Assembly: GCA_032718475.1 (NCBI GenBank)
Contig: JAUCBJ010007821.1
Location: 62,001-126,000, forward strand
Source of the DNA: Nemertoderma westbladi
Taxonomy: Eukaryota > Animalia > Xenacoelomorpha
Length of the DNA stretch: 64,000 nt
Direction: 5' to 3'
Below the pieces are notes generated by a model. It worked only from the letters and a program-made list of their open reading frames with translations. It was not told the DNA's origin and searched no databases. Made by a program: the position numbers and the translations under genes. Within the stretch, counting starts at the first letter, position 1; each line of letters begins with the position of its first letter. Of the stretch, positions 12,216 through 22,713 are shown piece after piece.

Positions 12216-12839
12216 TGTGACGGGATCAAGGGATCCCGACCGGATTTGTCTATAACGCGTCACCGTGTTTACCTTTGGGTGATACCTAGGCCGAGGCCGT
12301 TGCAGTAAAACAATAAGAGTTAATTGATGTTTCTTGATATTAGATAATGAATATATATGTGATAGCACAGTAAGAGTTACAGTTAGGCAGCATTGATATA
12401 TGATGGATGCTGTACCGGTAAATATATGTATTGGTGACGGCGACGGTATAGAATATCACCGGTCTGCACTGAACTGATGACTGAGTAACTGAACCGGCAA
12501 TGTTATACATTGACAATATATATGTAATCATTTCTACACTATTGTGGCCTTTGTCCAGTGGATGCTTTCCCCCGCTCCTATTGGCTGATAACCTACTTCA
12601 CGCCTCTCACCTCTTTGGGAGTGCTTCCCCCCCCCCCCCCCCCCCCCTGTTGGTTATTTTCCCTTCCGAGGTGGTTTGACCTCTAACCTCCCTTTGTGTG
12701 GCTTTGGGGTTTTGTGTTGTCCCCGTTATTGGTTGTGATACGAGATTGGTTATTACCAATCTCGAACCTCCGACATATTACTGAAAATGTGCCACTTCCC
12801 ATTTATGAGGGTAATGCAGCGGAACTGAATCCGCTTACA
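12216..12839. mobile_element. Solo LTR (624 bp), related to 9552-10099 and in the opposite orientation
   Basis: TGT...ACA termini; perfect 5-bp TSD CAGAC at 12211-12215 and 12840-12844; start TGTGACGGGATC is the reverse complement of the other LTR's end. Confidence 0.85.
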
Positions 12840-13811
12840 CAGACGATTTAAAATGCCTTGTAATAGCTCAGTAGAACTCAATAAAATTAATTCAGTATCG
12901 TTATACTTGTTTGAAAATTAATTTAATTATATTAAAAACATTTAAGGGAAAGAAGCAGGTTACAGTGACGGTGTTTTCTAACCAAAACAATAAACTATGC
13001 ATTATTTCACTTGCGGTCAATTAGCGCTGAAGATCACTATTTTCACTTGCGGTCAAAGTGCGCCACTATCTGAAACAAGCAGGAAACAAATTATTTATAT
13101 ATATATTTTAAAGTAATAATTTGTTGTCAAGGTTTGAATTGCTTCCGATGTGATGTCCGCAATAAATTACTGTGGTTTCCATGAAAACGGGTATTTGTTG
13201 CTAAACATATTTCTACACAAAATTGATGTGGTGCATATTATTTAGGGAAACATATTATTAATAAAGTGCACAGACGAAACAAAAAACATGAGTGTCAGTA
13301 GGCATAGTAGTTTTTCCTTGGAAAGATAGACCGACAGTTGTAGTTCCTTCGTTACCATAGCAACACTTCAATAGTTTCTCTAAAATTTTCATATTTTCCA
13401 TCAAAATTACAACCAGTTCAAGCCCACCAGTTAATCGCCATTCTGATTGCTAAGCTTTCAAAGAAATTGCTGTAGTCCATAGAAACGGGTCATTAATTCA
13501 AATTGCCCAAGGTGTCAAAGTCCATAAATCACTTTTTTATGTTAAGAGGGACCCCTAGACACCGAAACATCCAAAAAATGTAATCCGTCCAAAAATTTTC
13601 GGTTGGGCCATAAAGAGGTACGTGGCTGCCGGACTATTAGGAGTGGTGCTTTCTACGAAAGGAGGGTCCGGTGGCCCGCAATATACCGCAATTCCAGTCT
13701 TCCGTACGGGTTGCCCTCTTCTTAATGACGCTCAACAGAGTAAGATATGTAACTAAATAACAATTTTAAATTTTTCATATTATTTATTTAGTTATTTCTA
13801 ATTTTTATATT

Positions 13812-13965
13812 TCATCAGTCAGTTGTTCCGTATATTTTACCAGTCAGTTTCTCCGTATATTTTATCAGTCAGTTTCTCCGTATATTTTATCAGTCATAGT
13901 TTCATTTGTTCCGTATATTTTATCAGTCATAGTTTCATTTGTTCCGTATATTTTAACAGTCAGAG
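13812..13965. repeat. Short minisatellite (CCGTATATTTTATCAGTCA units)
   Basis: About 6 imperfect copies of 23-33 bp. Confidence 0.7.
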
Positions 13966-14577
13966 TTATTCCACATATTGCAACATCGACATCGACGAAT
14001 ATTCCTTATATGTTGCGCTATATTTGAAAATATTCATGTATGAATAAATACGTCTTCAATTTCTAAACTGAAACATTCATATTGGGCAACCAAATAGAGG
14101 GATTTTAACACAATAATACGATGTACCTTTTTAGATTAATTAATATTTTTATGAACTGTATAGATATATAGCGTAAATTATAATCATATGTTAAATTTTA
14201 TTATGCTCGCTGTGCCTTTACTAATATTGGCTTAATTATTAATTATATATATAAACTGAAACATTTTAAAGTTCACATTGTCATACAGACCTGAAGTGCT
14301 GGAGTACCACTGCAGCACTGTTGGCAGTTGGACTAATATTGTGTGACTCAGAGTCAGTCAGTCAGTCAGTCATTGACTGTAAGTAAATACTGCAGTATTA
14401 TGCTTGATATTGAAGCTGTACTACAGTACTTATAGTGTAAATAATTGTCCAGATTAGAATATGCACGAAAATATAATACTTTATTAAAAAATTAACTCCG
14501 TCAATATTTTTACCGGAGCCGGAGCTGCCAAAATGGCCAGAGCCGGAGCCGGAGGCCGGAGCTCCGATCGAGCCCTA

Positions 14578-15260
14578 GGTCTCTCTCTCCCTGGCCTGGG
14601 CGTCCTATTCTTTCTATTTTACATCAATAATTTTCCCTCATCTACCAAACTATATTCCGTACTAATCGCAGATGACACCAGTTTAGCCAACCACTCCGAC
14701 TCTCTAAATTGTCTCATTGATGAAACTTCCTCAGAACTCACTAGAATCGCGCGCACTGGCTGTCCTGTAGTAAACTATCTCTTAATTACGACAAAACGGA
14801 GTATGTCATTTTCGCAAACACCCTCCCTCACCAGCGCAACCCAACCAATCCTGAAATTAAAATTAATAACAAACCCATTAAACGCGTTTCTGCCACAAAA
14901 TATATTCTGATATTGGCATCCTATTTTATGACAAACTATCCCGGGAAGCACACCCTTCATGTATCCAAAAACTCTCTAGAACCATCGGCTTATTTTTTAA
15001 ACTCCGAAACATATTCCCACAATCGGTCCTTAGAATGCTACATATTACTCACTTATTCACCCATACATTTACTATGGCCTATGTACTAATTTGGGTAACA
15101 CACATGATTCTTACTTACGTCCGATTATAATTTCAGTAAATAAAATAATTATGGGTATTACTTTTTCTGACAGTAGAACTCCTGCTACTCCCATTTACAA
15201 AAGCCTATCTATCCATCCTCCCTCACACAGATACAAGTTTCAATTAGCTTCATGTTTGAT
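14578..15260 (+). pseudogene. Degenerate CR1/L2-group LINE RT C-terminal part
   Basis: LFFLFYINNFP, LIADDT, then YYSLIHPYIYYG-like text; continues the GVPQGS fragment at 8195-8218. Confidence 0.7.
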
Positions 15261-15316
15261 GTTTTTGATGTTTCAAAATCGTGTATTTTGGTTCGAGGTT
15301 GTATATATTATATATA

Positions 15317-16204
15317 CACCATGACCCGTAATATAGTGTAATTTTCTGATGACCCCCCCCCCCCCCCCCAGATTTTTCTACAAATATTTATCATATTGCT
15401 TGAATTTTGAAACACCACTAGTTCCACTCACCGTCGTTGTTACCATGAAGCCGGAATTTTCAATTTGCTTTAAAATTTATTTTATAAGCGTTTTAATTGC
15501 GAAATCGCACCCTCCATATCGTGGCCATTCTTCACATTAGTCGTACTTTTTTTCATATCATTAAACAGCTTGCGTTGCAAGGATTCAAAATATGTAATAA
15601 TATCTGAATTTCGTTGAGAAACAGCTGAGATACAGGCGTTCTAAGATTGCAAGAATTATTGTTCGCTGCAAGCCATTTATTCTATCTAATAAATACACAA
15701 AATTCTAGAACGTGTTATTTATTATATGAGTTGGTTGGCAACAGCGGTAATCCTATACAATATCTATATTGCCTAGCTAATCATACATAAACAAAATGTT
15801 CCAGAACATCGTCTATTTATTAAATAGAATAAATGGCCTTCAGCGAAGGATAATTATTGCAATCTTTGAACGCCTATATCTCAGCTGATTCTCAACGAAA
15901 TTCAGATATTGTTACATATTTTGAATCCTTTCAACGCAAACTTTCTAATGATATGAAAAAATTACGACTAATGTGAAGAATGGCCACGATGCGGAGGGTG
16001 CGATTTCGCAAAAGACACTTTTTTTAAAACGCTTAAAAAAAATTTAAAGGCAAAATCGAAAATTCCGGCTTCATGGGGTCATCGACGGTGAGTGAAACTA
16101 GTTATGTTTCAAATTTCAAGCTATATGATAAAGATTTGTAGAAAAATCTGGGGGGGGGGGGGGCCGTGTCATCAGAAAATGACACTATATTACGGGACAT
16201 GGTG
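15317..16204. mobile_element. Foldback-type MITE with ~400-bp imperfect TIRs and TA TSD
   Basis: TA|CACCATGACCCGTAATATAGTG ... CACTATATTACGGGACATGGTG|TA; C-run mirrors G-run; the arms are reverse complements. Confidence 0.88.
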
Positions 16205-16214
16205 TATATACATA

Positions 16215-16482
16215 TTAAAATGAATGGGAGAAACTTTGAGGCTCGTTAAGCCAAGGAATGCCTGTTCACCACCATGGGTGATCTTCCACAGTAAATCCTT
16301 CCACTCTGTTTCCCAAGTTGCCTTGGTTCCCATTTATCGACCACTGAAGGATGAAAGCCGGAGTTGGGCTAGGCAGCAGCATTTAAAGCACTGTGCCCAA
16401 ATAGTGCTGCCCCCATCTAGGGATCGAACCAGGGCTACCTAATTCGAAGCCCAGGAATGTCACCACTAGACCAAGCTGCTGC
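16215..16482 (-). mobile_element. tRNA-derived SINE with a conserved central core
   Basis: Minus strand: A-box TGGTCTAGTGG, B-box GGTTCGATCC, then CCAACTCCGGCTTTCATCCTTCAGTGGTCGATAAATG, which resembles the Meta-type SINE core as I recall it. Confidence 0.72.
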
Positions 16483-18451
16483 TTGGTCTAACTTATAACT
16501 TGTAAACTATAAACTTATAACTTGTAACATATTAAAATGAAAAACTAAAATGAAAAAATTACTGCAGTACTGCTACATGTACTGCTACAATTAATAGTTC
16601 TGTAGTTGTAGTTGCATTTCTATGCCGACTCCCCTACTCCATGCAGAAATCAGCAGTTTAGTTTGAATGTTCTATTTTAGTTACTAAGATATTAATTATC
16701 AACCTAATTAAAAGGGTTGAGACAGTTTGGTAACAATTAATTTTATTCGTTTCCTAGGATGTAATATTCGAAGAGACGGTAACAATACCTGCAATATCCT
16801 ACTGTAAAGTTTGTGAATCAAATCATAAATCCGACCTTCTCACCAAAACAGTAAACTCTAAGTAAGCGAATATATTGCAGTATCGATCTCTTATAACCGG
16901 TGAGGCAGAAAACAGTCTACGAGCAGACAAACTTCGATAAAACAAAATCCCGCGCAGCGAATCCTAAAATCAGGCTGACTCACTGACGGACTAAGGGGCT
17001 CGTATACTTTGCCGCGGTGTGATTTATATGGTTTGGGCGAAGAGACGCTAGCTAGGTACACAGGCAGAGATTTGGAGATGTCTAACTAGCGGGCAAAGCA
17101 CAGTAAGGACGAAAGTTAATTTTATATATTTTGAGGTGTAAATAATTTCTAACGCGCGTGTGTTAATTCTGAACGGTCAAAAACAGTTTTGCTCCTTCAC
17201 ATATATAATTACTGGGTACGGTGTGCATTTTACGAATATTCTAATTTTGCAACTTGTAGGTCCAATACTCACGAATGATAAGGTTCCTTCCCCTCTTGCG
17301 TATTTCCAGGACTCAAATTCAGGCATAAAGTTAATGCTACGCCCAGAATTCGGCAATTTTAGGTACCAGGTCCCTGATACTAAGAAGAGATGTGTTAGTT
17401 TACTACTGTAGGCGTACAGTTACTAATAGCTATCCTGGCTCCTATCTAGAATTTTAGTCACCCAGGTAGTCCGGGTAACTTCCTATTAGGGCGTTGGCGG
17501 GGACACGGTAGATGTTAGTATATCCCTAATAGCCTCAATTTATTTGCGCCTAGCTGTAAACTGCCCTACCGCCTGAACGGTACAATCCCAATTCAGGTGA
17601 AAACACAGCAACCCTCCTAGCCTACAAGTTCTAATGCAATGGACACCGTTGTACCACAAATAGTCACAGACGCACCTGTACTTAGCAAGAGTTAGGCGTA
17701 CAGTTTGCTGCACCCTACCAATGTGTATGCTGCGTACCGGTGTGCCTACGTCCTATCTGCGTACTAGTATCTCTGCTCTCTCTCCCCCCCCTAGGAATGT
17801 GAAGGTCTACTGTGGTTTTTTCCTGAATCAAGACAGTACAGTCCCTAAGATGTAATTTTAGGCTCACAGCGTGTCACTACTTCTACCTTTTGATCTTTGG
17901 TCTTACGCTTAGGTAGCGAGGTGTCGAACGCTGTCTAACCTTTCAGGCGATGGGCGAATAACTCAAGATGGTATTGTGGGTTGTCTCTTGTCTACATTCC
18001 CGTGATGTTCCCGTTCATTGCTGCGGCCCGATCTCTAGCTGGCCATCCTGTCCCTTAGCTGGGTTCACCGTAGTGAATCATGGTAAAACAGATAGAAAAG
18101 CAGATTAACGATAATTCTGACTTTATTACAGAAGATATAATTATAATACAATGTAATCTGAAATAAACTAAGCACGACATAATTAAAGTGATGTGTGTGA
18201 TTGAGATAACTAATGAACAAATCGCACCTTTATATAGCAAATTTGTGCTGCAATCAATCGAGAAAATTCTCGATTGTTCTATAGGTTCTAACATGTTTTT
18301 AAAGATAGCTATTGGTCCAGCTAATATATAACTTGCACGACATTGGTTACAATCTAATAACTACAGTCTCATTGGTACAGACAAATGCAATTAATTTGTA
18401 GCGGTCAATTTAAATGAGTTGAAATTCTGCACAAAAAATAATTCACACTTA

Positions 18452-18519
18452 CTAGGATTCGAACTCAATACCTACTACACATATAATTTCCAACGCTCTA
18501 CCGACTGAGCTACTGAACC
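18452..18519 (-). other. tRNA-like Pol III promoter remnant (pseudo-tRNA or SINE head)
   Basis: Minus strand GGTTCAGTAGCTCAGTCGGTAGAGCG...GAGTTCGAATCC; anticodon arm and acceptor stem do not pair properly. Confidence 0.55.
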
Positions 18520-18789
18520 ACTTGACCAATAGGCGTACAATAGATATAACAAATACGAATGAGAACTCAAAGCAATCTTTTACAAAGTTAATTCGAATAA
18601 AATAAAATTTTGAAAATCCACGGCATTTAGGGAATATAATTCTATATGTAATATTCTAGACATTAACATAAATGTACATTTTCTGATTTCTTAGTAAATG
18701 CGCTTATAATATTTAATTGAGCAGCTATAATCTACCAGATATAACCTTTGGCGAGTAATCATGTCACTCAACTCAAGCAGCAGTCATGG

Positions 18790-19955
18790 CGATCGACCAA
18801 TTACAAACTTGTAACAAGTTAGGCACGGGATCGGCCAATTACAAACTTGTAACAAGTTAGGCAGGGATTGGCAAATTACAAACTTGTAACAAGTTAGGCA
18901 GGGAATCGACCAATTACTAACTTGTAACAAGTTGGGCACGGGATCGACCAATTAGAAACTATTAACAAGTTGTTTACGAAGATCGACCAATTACACACTT
19001 GTAACAAGTTAGGAACGGGATCTGCCAATTACTAACTTTTAACAAGTTAGCCACGGGATCGGCCAAATACTAACTTGTAACAAGTTAAGCAAGGGATCGA
19101 CCCATTACAGACTTGTAACAAGTTATTTACGAAGATCGACCAATTACAAACTTGTAACAAGTTAGGCACGGGATCTGCCAATTACTAACTTTTAACAAGT
19201 TAGCCACGGGATCGGCCAAATACTAACTTGTAACAAGTTAGGCACGAGATCGACCAATAACAATCATGTAACAAGTTAGGCACGAGATCGACCAATAACA
19301 ATCATGTAACAAGTTAGGCACGGGATCCGCCAATTACAAACTTGTAACAAATTAAGCACGGGATCGACTAATTACAAACTTGTAACAAGTTAGGAATGGG
19401 ATCGGCCAATTACTAACGTTTAACAAGTTAGGCACGCGATCGGCCAATTACTAACTTGTAACAAGTTAAGCACGGGATAGGCCAATTACAATCTTGTAAT
19501 AAGTTAGGCACGGGATCGACCAATTACAAACTTGTAGGACGTTAGCCACGGGATCGGCCAATTACAAGTTAGGCACGTGATCGGCCTATCACTAACTCGT
19601 AACAAGTTAAGCATGGGATCGACCAATTACAAACTTGTAACAAATTAGGCACGGGATAGGCCAATTACAATCTTGTAATAAGTTAGGCACGGGATTGACC
19701 AATTACAAACTTGTAACTAGTTAGGCGCGGGATCGACCAGTTACAAACTTCTAACATGTTAGGAACGGGATTGACCAATTACAAACTTGTAACAAGTTAG
19801 ACATGGGATCGGCCAATTACAAACTTGTAATAAGTTAGGCACGGGATTGACCAATTACAAACTTGTAACTAGTTAGGAACGGGATTGACCAATTACATAC
19901 TTGTAACAAGTTAGGCATGGGATCGACCAATTACAAACTTGTAACTAGTTAGGCA
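18790..19955 (+). repeat. 38-bp satellite (family B), ~31 diverged units
   Basis: Unit GATCGACCAATTACAAACTTGTAACAAGTTAGGCACGG containing the palindrome AACTTGT-A-ACAAGTT. Confidence 0.97.
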
Positions 19956-20071
19956 TGATACACCACAAATGGATGCCGCTCGCCGCTCCTATAGCGTATC
20001 ATACTAAAAGTTGCCGCTCACATCGGCCGCTCGCCGCTGCCGCTTGCCGCTCCTGTGGTGTATCATGGCCT
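19951..20071. mobile_element. Small PIF/Harbinger-like MITE
   Basis: TIR AGGC(C)ATGATACACCAC / GTGGTGTATCATGGCCT; internal GCCGCTC repeats; TTA-like flanks. Confidence 0.6.
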
Positions 20072-20089
20072 TTAGGGGGAGCCCCGAAA

Positions 20090-21864
20090 AGAATGAATAC
20101 ATCCACAAAACAATCAAGAAATACGTGGATCGAGGATAGGAATACCGATAGGACCTACTATTTGCCACTCCATGTGGCTCTGGACCCTAAGAAGGGCAAG
20201 TTAAGAATGGTGGTCGAAGCGTCTGCCAAGACAAACGTCAAGAGCCTGAATGACTACCTACTGGAAGGCCCCAATATCTACAACTCGGGGATAGAGGTCC
20301 TGTTAAGGTTTAGAAGTGGAAAACACGCCTTCACGTGCGATATAGAGGGCATGTTTAATCAAGTGCGAGTGATGGAGGAGGACAGTGATAGTCAGCGCTT
20401 CCTGTGGTACAACGGCGACGAAGAACCGTCGGAGATACAGATGTACAAGATGGTAGTGCAGAACATGGGGGCCAAGTTGTCCTCGTTTACTACAACTACA
20501 GCTGTAAGAGACACGGTGGAGGGCAAAGAGGAGGAATACAGTGAGAAGGCAATCGATATGATTCGACGCGGATTCTATGTGGATTATGGGATGGGCTCTG
20601 GAAACTCGGTTGAAGAGATACTTGATGTGGGGCACGAAGTTTGCGACATCCTGAATGGATCAGGATTCAACCTTACAAACGTCCAGTCCAACTCTAGAGA
20701 ATTTATGGAGGCCATAGAAGATAGACAACCAGAGGTGAAGATAGATAAACCTACGGCGGTAAAGGGGCAGATTATGGTGGACAAGAGGATATAATCGTAG
20801 CAGAAGACGCTAGGGATCGTATGGAACCGGGAGACAGATGAGTTGGAGTATCAACTAAGTCAGGAGGGTGCCGGGATCCATACTAAACGAGGCTATGTGT
20901 TATACATAGCGAGAATTTACGATCCCCTAGGCCTAGCATCCACATTGTTAGTCACTGGGAAATAAATATTGAAGAAGGTCTATAAGTTAGAAGATGACTG
21001 GGACGCTTTGGTCCCAGTGGAGATAAGCAAACAATGGGAGAAATGGACAGGGAGCCTCGAAGAGATGGGGATGTATAATATGCCACGTGTATACTTCCCG
21101 GACGGGGACATGACCGATTTAGAACTGCATATGTTTTCCGATGCATCCCTGGAAGCATATGGTGTGGCACTTTATTTGGTACAGCGGAAGGGGACTCATC
21201 ATAAGCCCAGGCTTGCGTTTAGTAAAGCGAGGTCGACTCCACCAGATTCAGCATCAGTGCCGAAACTCGAGCTAACGGCTGCGAGATTAGGAGTAAGAGC
21301 GACAGCATACTTGGTGGACACGATACCGAGTATAGTAGAGACGCACTACTGGACAGATTCCATGGTAGTGTTGGGATGGTTGCATACTGAGAAGATACGT
21401 AATCCCATATTTGTGGCGAATATGGTGGATGAGATAAGAGCAACGTCAGACTTGGAGAAATGGCACTACTGCCCAATTGACGACAATCCATCGGATCTGC
21501 TATCGAGGGACATTGTATGCCACGCTTTCTCGAGAAAGCAGGAATTGTGGCAGCATGGCCCGCACTTCCTTAACGATAGGTCGAGCTGGCCATGGATGAG
21601 GAAGGTAGACCCAAGTACAGAGGAAGTGACAGTGGAGGAGGAGGAAGAGGAATCAGAGGGGAAGGAAATATTTAGTCAATTAGTGAGGGAGGTTAAGGAG
21701 GCGCCACCGCGATCAAAGCCGAGAGAGTCGTGCGATAACCCAACGGATAGGTTGCTCAGTTACAGCTCCAGCTGGTATAAGACGAAGAAGCTAGTAGCAT
21801 ATCTGAAGGCCTACGGAGAATTCCTTAGGGGAGCTGGTAAGGATACCAAAACGAGACCCACCAT
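20090..21864 (+). mobile_element. BEL/Pao retrotransposon pol remnant (RT and RNase H/Peptidase_A17 region)
   Basis: YYLPLH, SLNDYLLEGP, DIEGMFNQV, FYVDY, IYDPLG, LHMFSDAS..AYG, VPKLELTAA, WTDSMVVLGW, NPSDLLSR; stops and frameshifts. Confidence 0.9.
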
Positions 21865-22713
21865 TGTAAAGGCTTTTGCGGATCTAGCTAGTTATTTTCA
21901 CCGCAAAGTACTCTGTAGGTGTTTTAGTGGATATAAAAAGCCATTTCTTCTGTATGTGTACTTTAGCAGACATAACTAGCTGTGTACTTTAGCGGACATA
22001 ACTAGCGATCTTATGTCGCAATAGCCAAAATCCTCTTGATACAGTGTAGTTACCATGACGACATCTAACAGCTGATATGTCCACGTGTAACATTTCTTTG
22101 TTCTTTGTTCTTTCTTTGTTCGGTCGACCAATCAGAGCGTTTTTTGACTCTGTGTTGGAGATGGTATACAGAAACTCATGCAATTCAATCAGTATGTGTA
22201 TTTTGTCCACAGCCAGAAGACCGGCTTTGGAATATCTGTGGTTTCAGGCTTTAGCCAAACATTAGTAGGCTTGATCATAGAAACGTATAACTGTTATCTA
22301 ACTAATCAAATCGCAACACAAACTAATCACAAGTTAGTGTGTCAAATCATATTGTCAACTACAAACACCGCATTTTTACTGCTATTTACTGTCGGTTATT
22401 CATTATATCAGTTGATGGAATATTGTTATATTTGGATAATATCGATCAATAATCAGAAACCCCAATCTTCTTGATATACTGAAGGTTAGAGAGACCGGTT
22501 ACATATAACAATTGCGACTTACATTAAAGTGGTTTGGAGTGAATCTAATGCTATTTCATAGGCACTACATGAGTCGGTTGTTGTTCTCTTTATATGTGAA
22601 TAAGAATAAGCTCAGAATAAGCTGTAGGCCTGCCGACAATAAGACCAAGAAAGATACCGGTACTAGGCCTATACAGTTTTTATCCCTGAGTCAGACTACA
22701 GCCAGACAGCACA

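Larger units (their letters stand above)
9123..13636 (+). mobile_element. Academ-like (AcademX) DNA transposon, degenerate
   Basis: TIR TAGTCCGGCAGCCAC/GTGGCTGCCGGACTA with long imperfect subterminal inverted repeats; 3-bp TSD TTA; internal ORF remnant with transposase and XPG/H3TH-like motifs. Confidence 0.75.
9080..14062 (+). mobile_element. 5'-truncated LINE remnant split by the Academ element and flanked by an 80-bp direct repeat
   Basis: Removing 9123-13639 restores NGEPLDFVNSFEYLGVVLSTK (RT YLG motif); AATAAA near 14043; direct repeats at 9000-9079 and 14063-14142. Confidence 0.7.
8219..14577. mobile_element. Non-autonomous hAT-type DNA transposon carrying nested insertions
   Basis: 13-bp TIR TAGGGCTCGATCG/CGATCGAGCCCTA; perfect 8-bp TSD GGTCTCTC at 8211-8218 and 14578-14585; subterminal GGAGCC repeats at both ends. 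Confidence 0.88.

Noticed and set aside
18452-18519. Functional tRNA gene (also 16405-16482)
   Set aside because: A and B boxes are present but the cloverleaf stems do not pair; better explained as SINE heads
18654-18710. 57-bp match to 43140-43197 as paired element ends
   Set aside because: Same orientation, 24 kb apart, no TSD; most simply fragments of a dispersed repeat
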